Assembly: GCA_964606505.1 (NCBI GenBank)
Contig: CAZSGM010000004.1
Location: 39,330-103,329 of the forward strand
Source: an uncultured Lachnospiraceae bacterium
GTDB lineage: Bacteria > Bacillota > Clostridia > Christensenellales > UBA1242
Length of the DNA: 64,000 bases
Reading direction: 5' to 3'
Shown: one piece after another, positions 30,150 through 40,414 of the stretch
Layout of the letters: each line of letters starts with the position of its first letter
Numbering within the stretch: the stretch's first letter is position 1
The notes under the pieces: generated by a model
What the model was told of the DNA's origin: nothing
Databases searched by the model: none
The model's input: only the letters and a program-made list of their open reading frames with translations
Made by a program: the position numbers and the translations under genes

Positions 30150-30680
30150 CTATTTTGCAAATTTTGCGTTGTAGCGTTCAATTGCTTCACGGATGTATTT
30201 CTTTGCGCTTTCACTGTTTTCAACGCCTGTGATTTCGCAAGTTTTGTTTTCAAGCGCTTTATATGACTTAAAAAAGTGAACCATTTCGTCGAAAATGTGT
30301 TGTGGAAGCTCGCTCATATCTGCGTACTTGTTGTAGAACTTGTCGCTCTTTGCAACTGCGACAATCTTTTCGTCGTTTTCGCCACCATCAATCATTTTGA
30401 TTACTGCGATTGGCTTACATTCAACGAGGCTCAAGCTGATAAGCGGTTCTGAGCACAAAACGAGTACATCCAATGGGTCGCCGTCGTCGCTGAGCGTTTT
30501 AGGGATAAAACCATAATTTGCGGGATAAACCATAGATGTCGACAAAATTCTGTCAAGCATAATCATCCCTGTCTCTTTATCGAGTTCGTACTTTGCTTTG
30601 TTTCCTTTTGTAATTTCGATAACTGCTGTAAATTCTTCTTCTTTAACTCTATCACTAGCTAAATCGTGCCAAATGTTCAT
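30150..30680 (-). CDS. ppa: family I inorganic pyrophosphatase
   Basis: KYELDK, YPANYGFIPKTL, DGDPLDVL, DEKI. Confidence 0.96.
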   Translation of the reverse strand: MNIWHDLASDRVKEEEFTAVIEITKGNKAKYELDKETGMIMLDRILSTSMVYPANYGFIPKTLSDDGDPLDVLVLCSEPLISLSLVECKPIAVIKMIDGGENDEKIVAVAKSDKFYNKYADMSELPQHIFDEMVHFFKSYKALENKTCEITGVENSESAKKYIREAIERYNAKFAK

Positions 30681-30776
30681 AATATTCTCCTTAATTCTCT
30701 CATTGATTTTTTAAGTGCAACGCGTTTACTAAATTTAGCAACGCAATTGCACTAAGTTTTTTTATTTTAACCCAAA

Positions 30777-31457
30777 TTAAAGGGTTGTTTTTAAAATTTC
30801 AACAATGTTTTGCAAGTTTTCAAAGATTTCTCTTTCTTCTGGATCCTCGCTCTTTGAACCTAACCCTGCTTGTTCGAGTTCCATAATTGCGTCTTCAACT
30901 TCGCGAATGAGTTGGTCGCGCTCTCTTTTGTTTACGCTATCTTCCATTGCCATAGCGGCGGTTCTTTCGGAAAATTGACGCAACTTTTGCCCAATTTCAT
31001 TCTTCTTTTGTTGGTTGTAGTCGTTTTCGTTACTTAAAGCGATTTTGTCGTTAAATAGTTGACCGTTAATTTCCGAGCTAAAGTTAGCAACTTCGAGCAA
31101 GTGTTTGCCGCTAAGTCTGAGCGTCGCGAGCAATGGAACCAAGTTTCCCTTCCCTGCAACAATACAGAAAGTGTTAATATTAGGTTCGGTGTAATTAATG
31201 TTGAGCGCGTCAACAACTTGTCTCAAGTCGAGTTGGCTCTTGTTTCTCTTCCTAAAACGCATAGTTGTGCAAGTATCAACACCCAAATACGAAATTGAAT
31301 CGCTCCAATTTGTGTGCTTTCTTTCGTTGTAACCATAAAGTTTGATATAATCAACAGACCCCTGTTTCTTCAAAACCTTGACGATTTCGTGGAAATTCTC
31401 GAGTGAAATATCCACGTTGTCAACATCCAATAATAGCGCTATATGTTTATTGTTCAT
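30777..31457 (-). CDS. NYN (LabA/DUF88) domain protein, degenerate
   Basis: ALLLDVDN, DLRQVVDAL, FCIVAG; the SGDGDF acidic motif is replaced by AGKGNL. Confidence 0.7.
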   Translation of the reverse strand: MNNKHIALLLDVDNVDISLENFHEIVKVLKKQGSVDYIKLYGYNERKHTNWSDSISYLGVDTCTTMRFRKRNKSQLDLRQVVDALNINYTEPNINTFCIVAGKGNLVPLLATLRLSGKHLLEVANFSSEINGQLFNDKIALSNENDYNQQKKNEIGQKLRQFSERTAAMAMEDSVNKRERDQLIREVEDAIMELEQAGLGSKSEDPEEREIFENLQNIVEILKTTL

Positions 31458-32293
31458 TTTAGTTCTCCTTTAGACCTTTTATAATAAAACAAATATTGTT
31501 GGGCGTAACCTGCAAGGTTATCAAACCTTTGACACATACGCTGCGCCTTTTGCGGACGCGAAAGCCCTTCAAGCCCAAAATGCTCGTCGCAAACGCGGGA
31601 CATCCACACGTCGACGGGAAACACTTTCTTTCGCCCCAGCCCAAACAACAATATGCAATCAGCAACCTTATCTCCGACGCCTTTCAGTTTTAGTAGCTCC
31701 GCTTTCGCGTCGCTGTCGCTCATCTGCAGCAGCCTATCAAGGAAATCAACATTCAAGTGTGAAATTGTTTCCCTTAAATACTTCGCTCTATATCCGCAAC
31801 CAAACTTTACAAAATCGGTTTCAGAAATTTGTTTTAACGCCTCAAGTGTCGGGAACGCAAAGTAACCGTCGCACCTGTCGCCAAAGTTTTCGCAAATCAA
31901 ATTTAGCGTACGCTTAATTCGTCCAATGTTGTTATTCGCGGAAATCATAAAGGAAATAATTGTCTCTAATAGGTCTTGTTTCGCAATTCTAATTCCATAG
32001 CCAAAATCGACTGCTTGTTTTAAAATTGGCGTCTTTATAAGTTCCTGTTTTATTATACCATAGTCGTTTAATAAATCAAAATACTTTTGATAATATTTTA
32101 CGTTTTCACTTTCAATTATTGCGCTTTTCTTATCGTTTTTGTATACTATAGCCTCAAATTTTGACGACATAACTGCAAAATGCGACATTTTGTCCTCAAA
32201 TCTGAACATTTGCCCACATTCACAAATATGCCTAATATCAAAGTCGCACGGGCGCAAAATTGTTATTTTATTTTTGTCAACTATATAATCCAT
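31454..32293 (-). CDS. 8-oxoguanine DNA glycosylase (Ogg family)
   Basis: CGQMFRF, GIRIAKQD, ISANNNIGRI, HhH LKGVGDKVADC, FPVDVW, AGYAQQYLF. Confidence 0.92.
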   Translation of the reverse strand: MDYIVDKNKITILRPCDFDIRHICECGQMFRFEDKMSHFAVMSSKFEAIVYKNDKKSAIIESENVKYYQKYFDLLNDYGIIKQELIKTPILKQAVDFGYGIRIAKQDLLETIISFMISANNNIGRIKRTLNLICENFGDRCDGYFAFPTLEALKQISETDFVKFGCGYRAKYLRETISHLNVDFLDRLLQMSDSDAKAELLKLKGVGDKVADCILLFGLGRKKVFPVDVWMSRVCDEHFGLEGLSRPQKAQRMCQRFDNLAGYAQQYLFYYKRSKGELK

Positions 32294-33989
32294 AATTACC
32301 TATTTTTTTGTTTTGAATTGCCCACTGCTTCATTTCTTTAGCAAATTCAATTGCGTGGGAACCGATGTTTGCGCCGCCTGACAATCTTGCGATTTCAGCC
32401 AACTCTTCCTGCTCGTTTTGCAGTTTTATTTGCGTGTAAGTTTTGTTGTCTTTTTCAAACTTTTCTATCTTATATAGTGTATCCGCCATTGCGATAATTT
32501 GCGGCAAGTGTGAAATTGTTATGACTTGGCAAGTCCGCGAGATATCATTAAGTTTTACTGCGATAACCTGCCCTATATGCCCGCTGATACCCGCGTCGAT
32601 TTCGTCGTAAACCTGCGTGCCGATGTTGTTGAGTTTTGCAAGGCTGCTTTTAAACGCGAGCATAAAACGCGAAAGTTCGCCGCCGCTAATAATTTTAGAA
32701 AGTTCCTTGACAGGCTCGCCGGCGTTAGCTGAAAATAAAAATGTAACCTTATCAAACCCGCTCGCCGTTGCCAAATCCTCAATGTATTCAGATTGGATGT
32801 CGATGACAAACTGCGACTTCTCCATTCCCAAAACTTTGAGTTCGTTCAAGATGTCGCGCTCAAGTTGTTTTGCATATTTTTTGCGTGTTTCGGTTATTTG
32901 TGCGCCAAGTGAAAACAGTCCGGAAAGTTCGTTTGATAGTTGGACGTTTAATTTTGCGACTGTTTGCTCAGCGTTTTGGAGTTTATCAAGTTCGCCCTCG
33001 GCGGATTGTTTTGCTTGCAAAACCTCCTCGATTGTTGCGCCGTACTTGCGTTTTAACATCTTGATAAGGTCAAGTCTGCCGTCAACCTTTTCAAACTCAT
33101 CTTCGTCAAAGTCGCAAGCGTCAACCTTTGCGCTAAGCGTCGTTGACAAGTCGTCAATTTCCGCTTCAAGTGAATACAATCTGTCGACCAACTCCTGCAT
33201 TTGTACGTCAATACTTGTGATTGTGCTAAGTTTATTACGCGCAGACGAAACCGCTAATCTTCCGCAAAATTCTTCGCCGTCAAGCGCTTCTCTTGCGAGT
33301 GCGTATGCTTCTTTTAGTTTCTCTGCATTCATCATAACTTCTTTTTGTCTAAGCAGGGTTTCGTCCTCGCCGATTTGTGGCGAAACACTGTTGATTTCGC
33401 CTATTTGGAACGCGAGGTAGTCGAGTTTCTTTGCCCTTTCGCCCGCGTCGCCGCCTAAGGCGCTGATTTGCTTGCGGATGTCGCGACAAGTTGCAAGTTT
33501 ATTGTTAAACTCCTCAAGTTTAGGGCGAATTTCGTCTGCGCCATAATCGTCGAGAACTTGTATTTGTTTTTTGTCGTCAAGCAGGCTTGCGTGTTCAAAC
33601 TGCCCATACACGTCGCAAAGTAAAAGCGTTAGACGTTTGAGCATTGCAAGCGTTTGAGGCACGCCGTTGACCTTGATTTCGTTTTTGCCGTCGATAGTCA
33701 TTTTGCGCACGATAATAATTGTTTCTTCAGGCTCAATTTCCATTTCGCGCAAAACTAGGGATAGTTTTTCGTTTAATTCCGCCGAAAACTCCAACGTTAC
33801 TTTTGCAGACGTTTGCCCGTTCCTAATCAAACTCCTATCTGCGCGGGCACCAAGTGCGAAGCACAGAGCGTTGACGATAATACTTTTACCTGCGCCCGTT
33901 TCCCCGCTCAAAACATTTAGTCCGCTTCCAAAATCAATTGTTTCTTTCTCAATAAGTGCAACGTTCTCAATTTGTATTGATTTTATCAT
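32277..33989 (-). CDS. recN: DNA repair protein RecN
   Basis: GETGAGKS, SGGELSRFMLA, DEIDAGISG, QVITISHLPQI. Confidence 0.97.
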   Translation of the reverse strand: MIKSIQIENVALIEKETIDFGSGLNVLSGETGAGKSIIVNALCFALGARADRSLIRNGQTSAKVTLEFSAELNEKLSLVLREMEIEPEETIIIVRKMTIDGKNEIKVNGVPQTLAMLKRLTLLLCDVYGQFEHASLLDDKKQIQVLDDYGADEIRPKLEEFNNKLATCRDIRKQISALGGDAGERAKKLDYLAFQIGEINSVSPQIGEDETLLRQKEVMMNAEKLKEAYALAREALDGEEFCGRLAVSSARNKLSTITSIDVQMQELVDRLYSLEAEIDDLSTTLSAKVDACDFDEDEFEKVDGRLDLIKMLKRKYGATIEEVLQAKQSAEGELDKLQNAEQTVAKLNVQLSNELSGLFSLGAQITETRKKYAKQLERDILNELKVLGMEKSQFVIDIQSEYIEDLATASGFDKVTFLFSANAGEPVKELSKIISGGELSRFMLAFKSSLAKLNNIGTQVYDEIDAGISGHIGQVIAVKLNDISRTCQVITISHLPQIIAMADTLYKIEKFEKDNKTYTQIKLQNEQEELAEIARLSGGANIGSHAIEFAKEMKQWAIQNKKIGNYGLYS

Positions 33990-34043
33990 TTTGTACCTCA
34001 ATAAATAGAACTTTTGTTTTAATTATTATACCACACAAATTAA

Positions 34044-34072
34044 AAAAAGGCAACATCTTGAGTTGCCTTTTT
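34044..34072 (-). terminator. intrinsic terminator
   Basis: AAAAAGGCAAC-loop-GTTGCCTTTTT just after the stop at 34092. Confidence 0.75.
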
Positions 34073-34091
34073 GCATTTAGCGTACTGCTAA

Positions 34092-35768
34092 TTATTTGAG
34101 GTAGTCGCCAAGCCTTGACTTGTAAATTGTAATTTCAGCGTCTTGCCTTAATTGGTCAATCAACTTAGCTTGTTGAGTGTTGTAGTCGCTAGTTGTAACC
34201 TTAGAAATAAACAAGTCGAGCATATTTTTTGTACTTGATGACTTCAAAGGTGTGTCTGCCAAGTTTTGGATAGTTGTGCTATCAATATTTACGTTTGCGT
34301 TAATTGGAGCACCTGTAAACATAATGATATGCGCACCAAATTCGGTGTAGACAAGTCTTGAGTAAGCGCCAACTTCGCCTGTTGCTTGCAACTGTCTTGA
34401 AGCGGTCGCAAACTCCTCAACCATTGAGTCGTAAGTTTCGTCAAGTGGAATTGCATAATCGTAATCCCTTGTCAAGAACGAACTTTCCGTTGTGTACTTA
34501 TAAATCAAGTCAGTGAACGCGTTAATTCTTGCGTTTGCGTCTGAACCGTATGTTGCAAGCGTAGAATCAACTTCTGCAAGCACTGCGCTCGCTGATTTGA
34601 CAACGCTTGTTGCGTTCCCCTCGCTATCTCTAGCGGTGGCGGTCAACTCTGTGCGCAATCTCTCGATGTTAGCGTCCTTTTCTTCTTCGGTGATAATACC
34701 TTTCTTAACTTGGTCTTCCCATTCGGTTATTTTAGCCTTTTGCGCGTCAGTATAACCAATCAACAAGTGGCTAACGTAGAACCAGCCTTGTGTTGGGTGG
34801 TAGTAAACTGATGTTGCGTCCGACTTCATAGCTTCGTTGTAAGCAGCTTCGTTGTTGAAATACAACTCCTTTTGCCCTCTCATTGTAGCCTTGTAAATAT
34901 CAAGCACTTGTTCTTTAGAAACGGTGTAACTATTGGTAAAAGTTTCCTCGTACTTTTCAATGTACTTATTGTCTTCTTGGATTTTGTAAACCCTGTCAAG
35001 TTCTCTTTCAAAGATAGCCATTGAAGTGTTGTCGTCAAAAGTCTTGTAACTCTCGCCGCTCTTTAGGTCTTTAACAAACCTCTTCATTTCTTCTTCTCTA
35101 ATTCCGTCGCTGTATTCGGTAATTTTTGTCTTAACAGCGCCTACACTTGTAAAGCCTTTTACGTCCTTTTCACTCTCTTGCCAGAAATATGACTTAAATG
35201 GGTTTGGATTAACTACGGTATCAACTGGTGTTGCGTCATCTTTTTCAACCTTAACAAGTTCGCCGTTTTTTACACCGTAACTATGTTCAAAGTCAGTTCT
35301 TCCAACAAACTCGTTTTTGCTCTCTTCGCTTGTTTTTTCTTCATTAGGTTCCAAGCCCCACTCTGAATAAATTTCGTCCTCATATGAGTCCAATTTCTCG
35401 TACACGTAGTCGTAAACTTGAGCCCAGCAATCGTTGATTTCAGCTGTAGTCAACGCGTTCCCTTCAATCGACTTGAGGTAGTTAACAAGAATTTTCCTGT
35501 TAGCAATCATTTCAAGCACTTGCTCGGTTGCTTCTTTAGTTGTGGAGCCGTTTTGGATATAGGTACTAGCGTAGTTTGAGTAGTAAATAAGGAACTCTTC
35601 CATCGTAATCTCGATAGTCGTATCGTTCTTAAGTTCAATTTTCTCAACTGTCTGCCCCATATACTTGGCGTCATTGTCGGTAACAAGTGTACAACCGCTA
35701 AACACTGCGATTGTCATCACAAGCACCGCAAGAATAATATAGTTAAATTTGTTCACAATATACTCCAT
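34092..35768 (-). CDS. PrsA/SurA-like lipoprotein foldase (parvulin-like)
   Basis: Lipobox FSGC; VSHLLI, MVEEFA, TEFGAHII parvulin remnants; follows mfd. Confidence 0.7.
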   Translation of the reverse strand: MEYIVNKFNYIILAVLVMTIAVFSGCTLVTDNDAKYMGQTVEKIELKNDTTIEITMEEFLIYYSNYASTYIQNGSTTKEATEQVLEMIANRKILVNYLKSIEGNALTTAEINDCWAQVYDYVYEKLDSYEDEIYSEWGLEPNEEKTSEESKNEFVGRTDFEHSYGVKNGELVKVEKDDATPVDTVVNPNPFKSYFWQESEKDVKGFTSVGAVKTKITEYSDGIREEEMKRFVKDLKSGESYKTFDDNTSMAIFERELDRVYKIQEDNKYIEKYEETFTNSYTVSKEQVLDIYKATMRGQKELYFNNEAAYNEAMKSDATSVYYHPTQGWFYVSHLLIGYTDAQKAKITEWEDQVKKGIITEEEKDANIERLRTELTATARDSEGNATSVVKSASAVLAEVDSTLATYGSDANARINAFTDLIYKYTTESSFLTRDYDYAIPLDETYDSMVEEFATASRQLQATGEVGAYSRLVYTEFGAHIIMFTGAPINANVNIDSTTIQNLADTPLKSSSTKNMLDLFISKVTTSDYNTQQAKLIDQLRQDAEITIYKSRLGDYLK

Positions 35769-35852
35769 AATTCTAACGCAAACACCAAGTTTGCGCGTAA
35801 TCTGCTAGATTATACCAAATAATTTGCAAAAATGCAAACGTTTCTGACACAA

Positions 35853-38800
35853 TTATTTTGCAATTTTGACACTTTTCAAAATATTATCTAGTTTTGACAT
35901 AATTTTATCATTTTGATTGAACACAATTTGGTAAAACTCGCCGACTTTTTCAACGTGCGTATCGCTCAATTCGAACTCAGGCTTCCTATCAAATTCAATG
36001 AGATTTTTGCCATTTTGCTTTAAAATTATACGACGAGCGCCGTGAGTTTTGAGAATGTTTTTAACGCAGGCAATTTTTGCGAGGTTAACCGTAGCTTGCG
36101 GCGGCGCGCCAAACTCAAAGCGCAATCTTGTCATTTGAGTTTCAAACTCTTGACTGCTTGAAAGTTTTGAGATAATATCAATAACTTCCATTTTTGTTTC
36201 TTGGCTACTAATGTAGTAATCAGGGATTTCCGCTTGGACATCGACGTCGACTTTTGTTTCAAACTCAGTCTTTTCCTCTTTCCCTTTCAAACTTGAAATA
36301 ACCTGCTCGAGCAGTTTGCAGTACATATCATACCCAACTTTTTCAAGATGTCCGCTTTGTTTTTCGCCCAAAACTGTACCTGCTCCACGTAATTCAAGGT
36401 CGCGCATAGCAATTTTAAAGCCGCTGCCGAGTTCGGTGTACTCTTGCATTGCCTGCAAACGTTTTGCGCCCTCTTCGCTGAGTGCTTTAAAGGCTTGGAA
36501 GGTAAAATATGCGTACGCTTGTGCGTTTGACCTACCAACACGTCCTCGCAACTGGTATAGTTGACTCAATCCAAACTTGTCCGCGTCGACAACTATCATT
36601 GTGTTTGCGTTCGGCAAGTCAATTCCGTTTTCAATTAGGGTTGTAGCAACCAAAATATCAAGTTTACAATCAAAGACGTCCTTCATTGTGTTTTCAAGTG
36701 CGTCTTTGTTCATCTGCCCGTGCGCGTAACCAATGCGCGCTTGCGGGAGAATTTGGCGGAGAGATAAAACATACTCCTCAATGCCCTCCACGCGGTTTTT
36801 GACAATCAACACCTGCCCGCCGCGCGCAAGTTCGCGAGAAACCGCGCTTGCGACAACCGCGTTTGAATACTCACAAATTGTTGTTTGCACCGCCTTGCGC
36901 ATTTGAGGGGCGGTTGCAATTGTTGAAATATCGCGAATGCCAACAAGCGACATATGCAGCGTTCTTGGAATTGGCGTTGCGGACATAGAAAGCACGTCGA
37001 TGTTGTGTTTTAGTTTTTTAATTTTTTCTTTGTCATTGACGCCGAGTTTTTGCTCTTCGTCGCAAATGAGGAGTCCTAAATTTTTATACTTAATTTTATC
37101 GCTCAAAACCTTTTGCGTGCCAATCAACAAGTCAATTTCGCCCTTAGAAAGTTTGTCAAAAATCTCCTTTTGCTCAGCAGGCGTTTTAAACCTATTCAAA
37201 ACCGCTATTTTGACGCCAAAACCATCAAACCTTGCGAGTGCTGACTTGTAGTGTTGTTCACTCAAAATCGTCGTTGGGGCGAGCAAAACGACTTGCTTGC
37301 CGTTGTCAATTGCAATCATTGCGGCACGGAACGCAACCTCAGTTTTGCCGTAACCTACGTCGCCACAAATCAGTCTATCCATTATTTTTTCGCTTGCCAT
37401 ATCCGATTTGACGTCGGCGATTGCTTTTAACTGGTCTTTTGTTTCCTCATAGGCAAAGTTTTCCTCGAAACTCTTTTGTAAAAAGGTATCAACCTCATAT
37501 TTATGCCCCAAGTTTTTCTCGCGTTCGGCGTAAATTTTGAGCATATCGGTCGCCATAACTTCGAGTTGTTGGCGAACGCGGTTTTTTGCGCGCTCAAACT
37601 CAGCCCCGCCGATTTTATTGAGTTTTGGCTCAATTTCGACACCGACGTACTTAGAAATTTCGTTGGCATTTTCGACAGGAAGATAAAGCTTGTCCGTTCC
37701 GTCGTATTTAATGACGATATAGTCGCGTGAATAGCCCGAAATTTTCATTTTTTGGACGCCGAGGCACTTGCCTATACCGTGGAAGTTGTGGACGACATAG
37801 TCGCCTGTCTGTGGAAGTTCAAAGAATGGTTTTTCGCTATTGGTTTGCGATTTTTTAAAACTTCTTGCGACGCCGTAAGGGATGAGCGCAATTTTTTCGT
37901 TTGGTAAAATGCAACCCATTGACAGCGGTTTTTCTATTATCTTTATCCCTTTTTCAAACTTGCCGTCGAGTGTTTTTGCGACCTCAAACGCAAATAGTTG
38001 GTTATCCAGAAACTCCGTCAAAAAGCTGCGGTCAATTTCACTTGTGGTAAAAATTCGGATGCAATAGTTTTCACTCAACATTCGCTTGAGGTCATAAACG
38101 AGCATTTCGGGGCGGTTTTTGTAGTTTTGCGCCGCCTCGCTTTCAAACTCTATATTTGCTTTGTGCGTAAAACTATCAAACGCGAGCGTCGTTTTGCCTG
38201 CTAGACAGTTTTTTAAGTCGTCGACGCAAAAATAGTTGCGCTCAAAACCCTCGTACACCTGACCTTGGGTTACGCACTCGGAAACTGCGTTTTGCTGCGT
38301 ACGAATGTGGTTGTCAAGTGCCTCGTCTATGCGTTGCGTCTCATCAAGCGCGACACAACAATTGGGCACGATATTCAAAAGGTTTTCATTATTGACCGCA
38401 AAACTTAAGTAGTTATAGCTATTTGGAGCACTAAACACGCTCAAGTTCTCGCCAACTTGCGCTCTGATTGCCTCAAAAACGGCGGAGGCGTCGGCACTTG
38501 AGTAGTTTTTGCAACCCGTAAGCGCGCTCTCTAGCGTCTGTTTATCCTCTTCAAAAAACAGCGTATTCGGATAAATTGTAACGCCGTTTACTTCCGAAAG
38601 CGCGACGTTGTCCTCAAAATTCATCGTTTTAATACTCTCGACTTCGTCATCAAAGAAACTCACGCGCACACTTGTTGTTTCACTCACAATATCAACAATA
38701 TCGCCACGAACAGCGAACTGCCCGCTCTTTTCAACCTTATTTACGCGTACGTAACCTAGGTTTGAAAGGCTTAGCGTTGTTCTATCAAGTGTTTGCCCAA

Positions 38801-39176
38801 CTTTTATTTCAATTGCATTACGCCTAAACTTATCCACGCGCGGGAAACGCGACAGCAGTGCACGCGCGTCGACAACCAAGCAATCGCACTTGCCGTCCAA
38901 AATTGAGGACAAAACCTTTATTTTGTAAGCGTTTGAGTTTCCGAACGAATAAACCATCGGCTCGTCAACAAACGGGAGCGGCACAGGTTTTCGCGAAAGC
39001 GTCGACAAAAACGCGCACATCTGGTCAATCTGCTCGCTGCTGTATGTAACATACACAAAAAACTGCTTGAGGCACGCAACAGAAAACAAACGCTGACCGA
39101 GTGAACAGCCAGCGACTATTTCGTGCGAACCATCTTTGATTGATAGTAGTTTTTTAAGGCTTTCCGTCATTTCCAT
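35853..39176 (-). CDS. mfd: transcription-repair coupling factor
   Basis: GDYVVHNFHGIG, CGDVGYGKTEVA, DEEQ, SATPIPRT, QLRGRVGR, MRDLELRGAG. Confidence 0.97.
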   Translation of the reverse strand: MEMTESLKKLLSIKDGSHEIVAGCSLGQRLFSVACLKQFFVYVTYSSEQIDQMCAFLSTLSRKPVPLPFVDEPMVYSFGNSNAYKIKVLSSILDGKCDCLVVDARALLSRFPRVDKFRRNAIEIKVGQTLDRTTLSLSNLGYVRVNKVEKSGQFAVRGDIVDIVSETTSVRVSFFDDEVESIKTMNFEDNVALSEVNGVTIYPNTLFFEEDKQTLESALTGCKNYSSADASAVFEAIRAQVGENLSVFSAPNSYNYLSFAVNNENLLNIVPNCCVALDETQRIDEALDNHIRTQQNAVSECVTQGQVYEGFERNYFCVDDLKNCLAGKTTLAFDSFTHKANIEFESEAAQNYKNRPEMLVYDLKRMLSENYCIRIFTTSEIDRSFLTEFLDNQLFAFEVAKTLDGKFEKGIKIIEKPLSMGCILPNEKIALIPYGVARSFKKSQTNSEKPFFELPQTGDYVVHNFHGIGKCLGVQKMKISGYSRDYIVIKYDGTDKLYLPVENANEISKYVGVEIEPKLNKIGGAEFERAKNRVRQQLEVMATDMLKIYAEREKNLGHKYEVDTFLQKSFEENFAYEETKDQLKAIADVKSDMASEKIMDRLICGDVGYGKTEVAFRAAMIAIDNGKQVVLLAPTTILSEQHYKSALARFDGFGVKIAVLNRFKTPAEQKEIFDKLSKGEIDLLIGTQKVLSDKIKYKNLGLLICDEEQKLGVNDKEKIKKLKHNIDVLSMSATPIPRTLHMSLVGIRDISTIATAPQMRKAVQTTICEYSNAVVASAVSRELARGGQVLIVKNRVEGIEEYVLSLRQILPQARIGYAHGQMNKDALENTMKDVFDCKLDILVATTLIENGIDLPNANTMIVVDADKFGLSQLYQLRGRVGRSNAQAYAYFTFQAFKALSEEGAKRLQAMQEYTELGSGFKIAMRDLELRGAGTVLGEKQSGHLEKVGYDMYCKLLEQVISSLKGKEEKTEFETKVDVDVQAEIPDYYISSQETKMEVIDIISKLSSSQEFETQMTRLRFEFGAPPQATVNLAKIACVKNILKTHGARRIILKQNGKNLIEFDRKPEFELSDTHVEKVGEFYQIVFNQNDKIMSKLDNILKSVKIAK

Positions 39177-39178
39177 AA

Positions 39179-39718
39179 CTAATCAATAAACTTCCCTTTT
39201 TTAATATAGTTTTCAATTTTATCCGCCGCCTCTGCGATTGCGGATTCTAAAACCTTCATTTTCTCTGCCCCAATTGGCGCCAAAACATAGTCCGCGAGGT
39301 CGCCAAACTCAGGCTTACCAACACCGACACGAATACGCGGAAAGTTCTCCGTCCCGAGTTCTTGCACGCAATTTTTTAGGCCGTTGTGCGTCCCGCCACT
39401 GCCGTGCGTTTTGTAACGAATTGTACCTGCGGGCAAATCTATGTCGTCCGAAACAACTATAACATTCTCAAGCGGGATTTTAAACTTTGTTACAAACTCA
39501 CGCACCGATGTCCCGCTTAAATTCATATAGGTTTGAGGTTTTGCGATAATAACCTTTTCGCCCTGCACGACGCCTTCCGCAATCAACGCCTTACACTTTA
39601 GTTTTCCAAACTCCAGCCCAAGTCGTTTTGCCAAATTATCGGCGGTCAAAAAACCCATATTATGCGGCGTGCGCTCGTACTCTTTGCCGTAATTGCCCAA
39701 TCCTACTACTAATAACAT
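39179..39718 (-). CDS. pth: peptidyl-tRNA hydrolase
   Basis: VGLGN, HNMGF, KPQTYMNLSG, GTHNGL. Confidence 0.97.
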   Translation of the reverse strand: MLLVVGLGNYGKEYERTPHNMGFLTADNLAKRLGLEFGKLKCKALIAEGVVQGEKVIIAKPQTYMNLSGTSVREFVTKFKIPLENVIVVSDDIDLPAGTIRYKTHGSGGTHNGLKNCVQELGTENFPRIRVGVGKPEFGDLADYVLAPIGAEKMKVLESAIAEAADKIENYIKKGKFID

Positions 39719-39784
39719 CTCCTACCTACCTTTTAATTATGGTTTCTCCATTAAATTAAAAATTTAATCATTGCCGTTTTTTAT

Positions 39785-40267
39785 TTATTGTTTTTCGCTT
39801 TTTGCCCTGCGAATTTCACCGAAAAAGTCCGTCAACATTTTAGCGCACTCGCAATCAAGCACACCCCCGACAACCTCCTGCGGGCGGTGGTTGAAACGCG
39901 GGTCAAGCGGCAAGTTATAAAAAGTTCCGCAACAGCCAGCCTTCGGGTCGGACGCACCAAACACGACGCGCTGCAGACGCGAGTTGATTATTGCACCGCT
40001 ACACATTGGGCACGGCTCAAGCGTTACATACAACGTACAATCCACCAAATGCCAAGTTTGCATTTTTTTGCTCGCCTTTTTAATTGCAAGCAACTCGGCG
40101 TGCGCGGTTGCGTCCTTAGTCGTCTGCCGCAAATTGTGTGCGCGCGCGATTACTTTGTTGTTGCAAACAACGACTGCGCCAATCGGAACTTCCCCAATTG
40201 CCCTCGCTTTTTCAGCCTGCTTGATTGCCTCGCGCATAAATTTTTCATCCAAATTCTGATTTAACAT
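39785..40267 (-). CDS. tadA: tRNA adenosine(34) deaminase
   Basis: GEVPIGAV, TAHAE, TLEPCPMC, FNH. Confidence 0.95.
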   Translation of the reverse strand: MLNQNLDEKFMREAIKQAEKARAIGEVPIGAVVVCNNKVIARAHNLRQTTKDATAHAELLAIKKASKKMQTWHLVDCTLYVTLEPCPMCSGAIINSRLQRVVFGASDPKAGCCGTFYNLPLDPRFNHRPQEVVGGVLDCECAKMLTDFFGEIRRAKSEKQ

Positions 40268-40358
40268 TCTGCCCCCAGTTATTTATGATAATTATTATCG
40301 CACAAATGAGACAATAAGTCAAGTTTAATGTGGCATAACATTTTGCCAAAAATGTACA

Positions 40359-40396
40359 TTGGACAAGCAAAAATCACAAAGTACAGGCATATTTAT
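40359..40396 (+). promoter_or_regulatory. putative SpoIIID site and mother-cell sigma (E/K) -10 upstream of sigK
   Basis: TTGGACAAGC (40359-40368) fits the SpoIIID consensus WWRRACARNY; CATATTTAT at 40388. Confidence 0.45.
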
Positions 40397-40414
40397 ACTT
40401 TATGGAGTATTATT

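Noticed and set aside
40286-40300. Fur-box-like TGATAAT-T-ATTATCG between tadA and sigK
   Set aside because: It coincides with the -10 of a plausible tadA promoter (TTGACT-17-GATAAT) in AT-rich DNA, and neither flanking gene is iron-related; probably chance.
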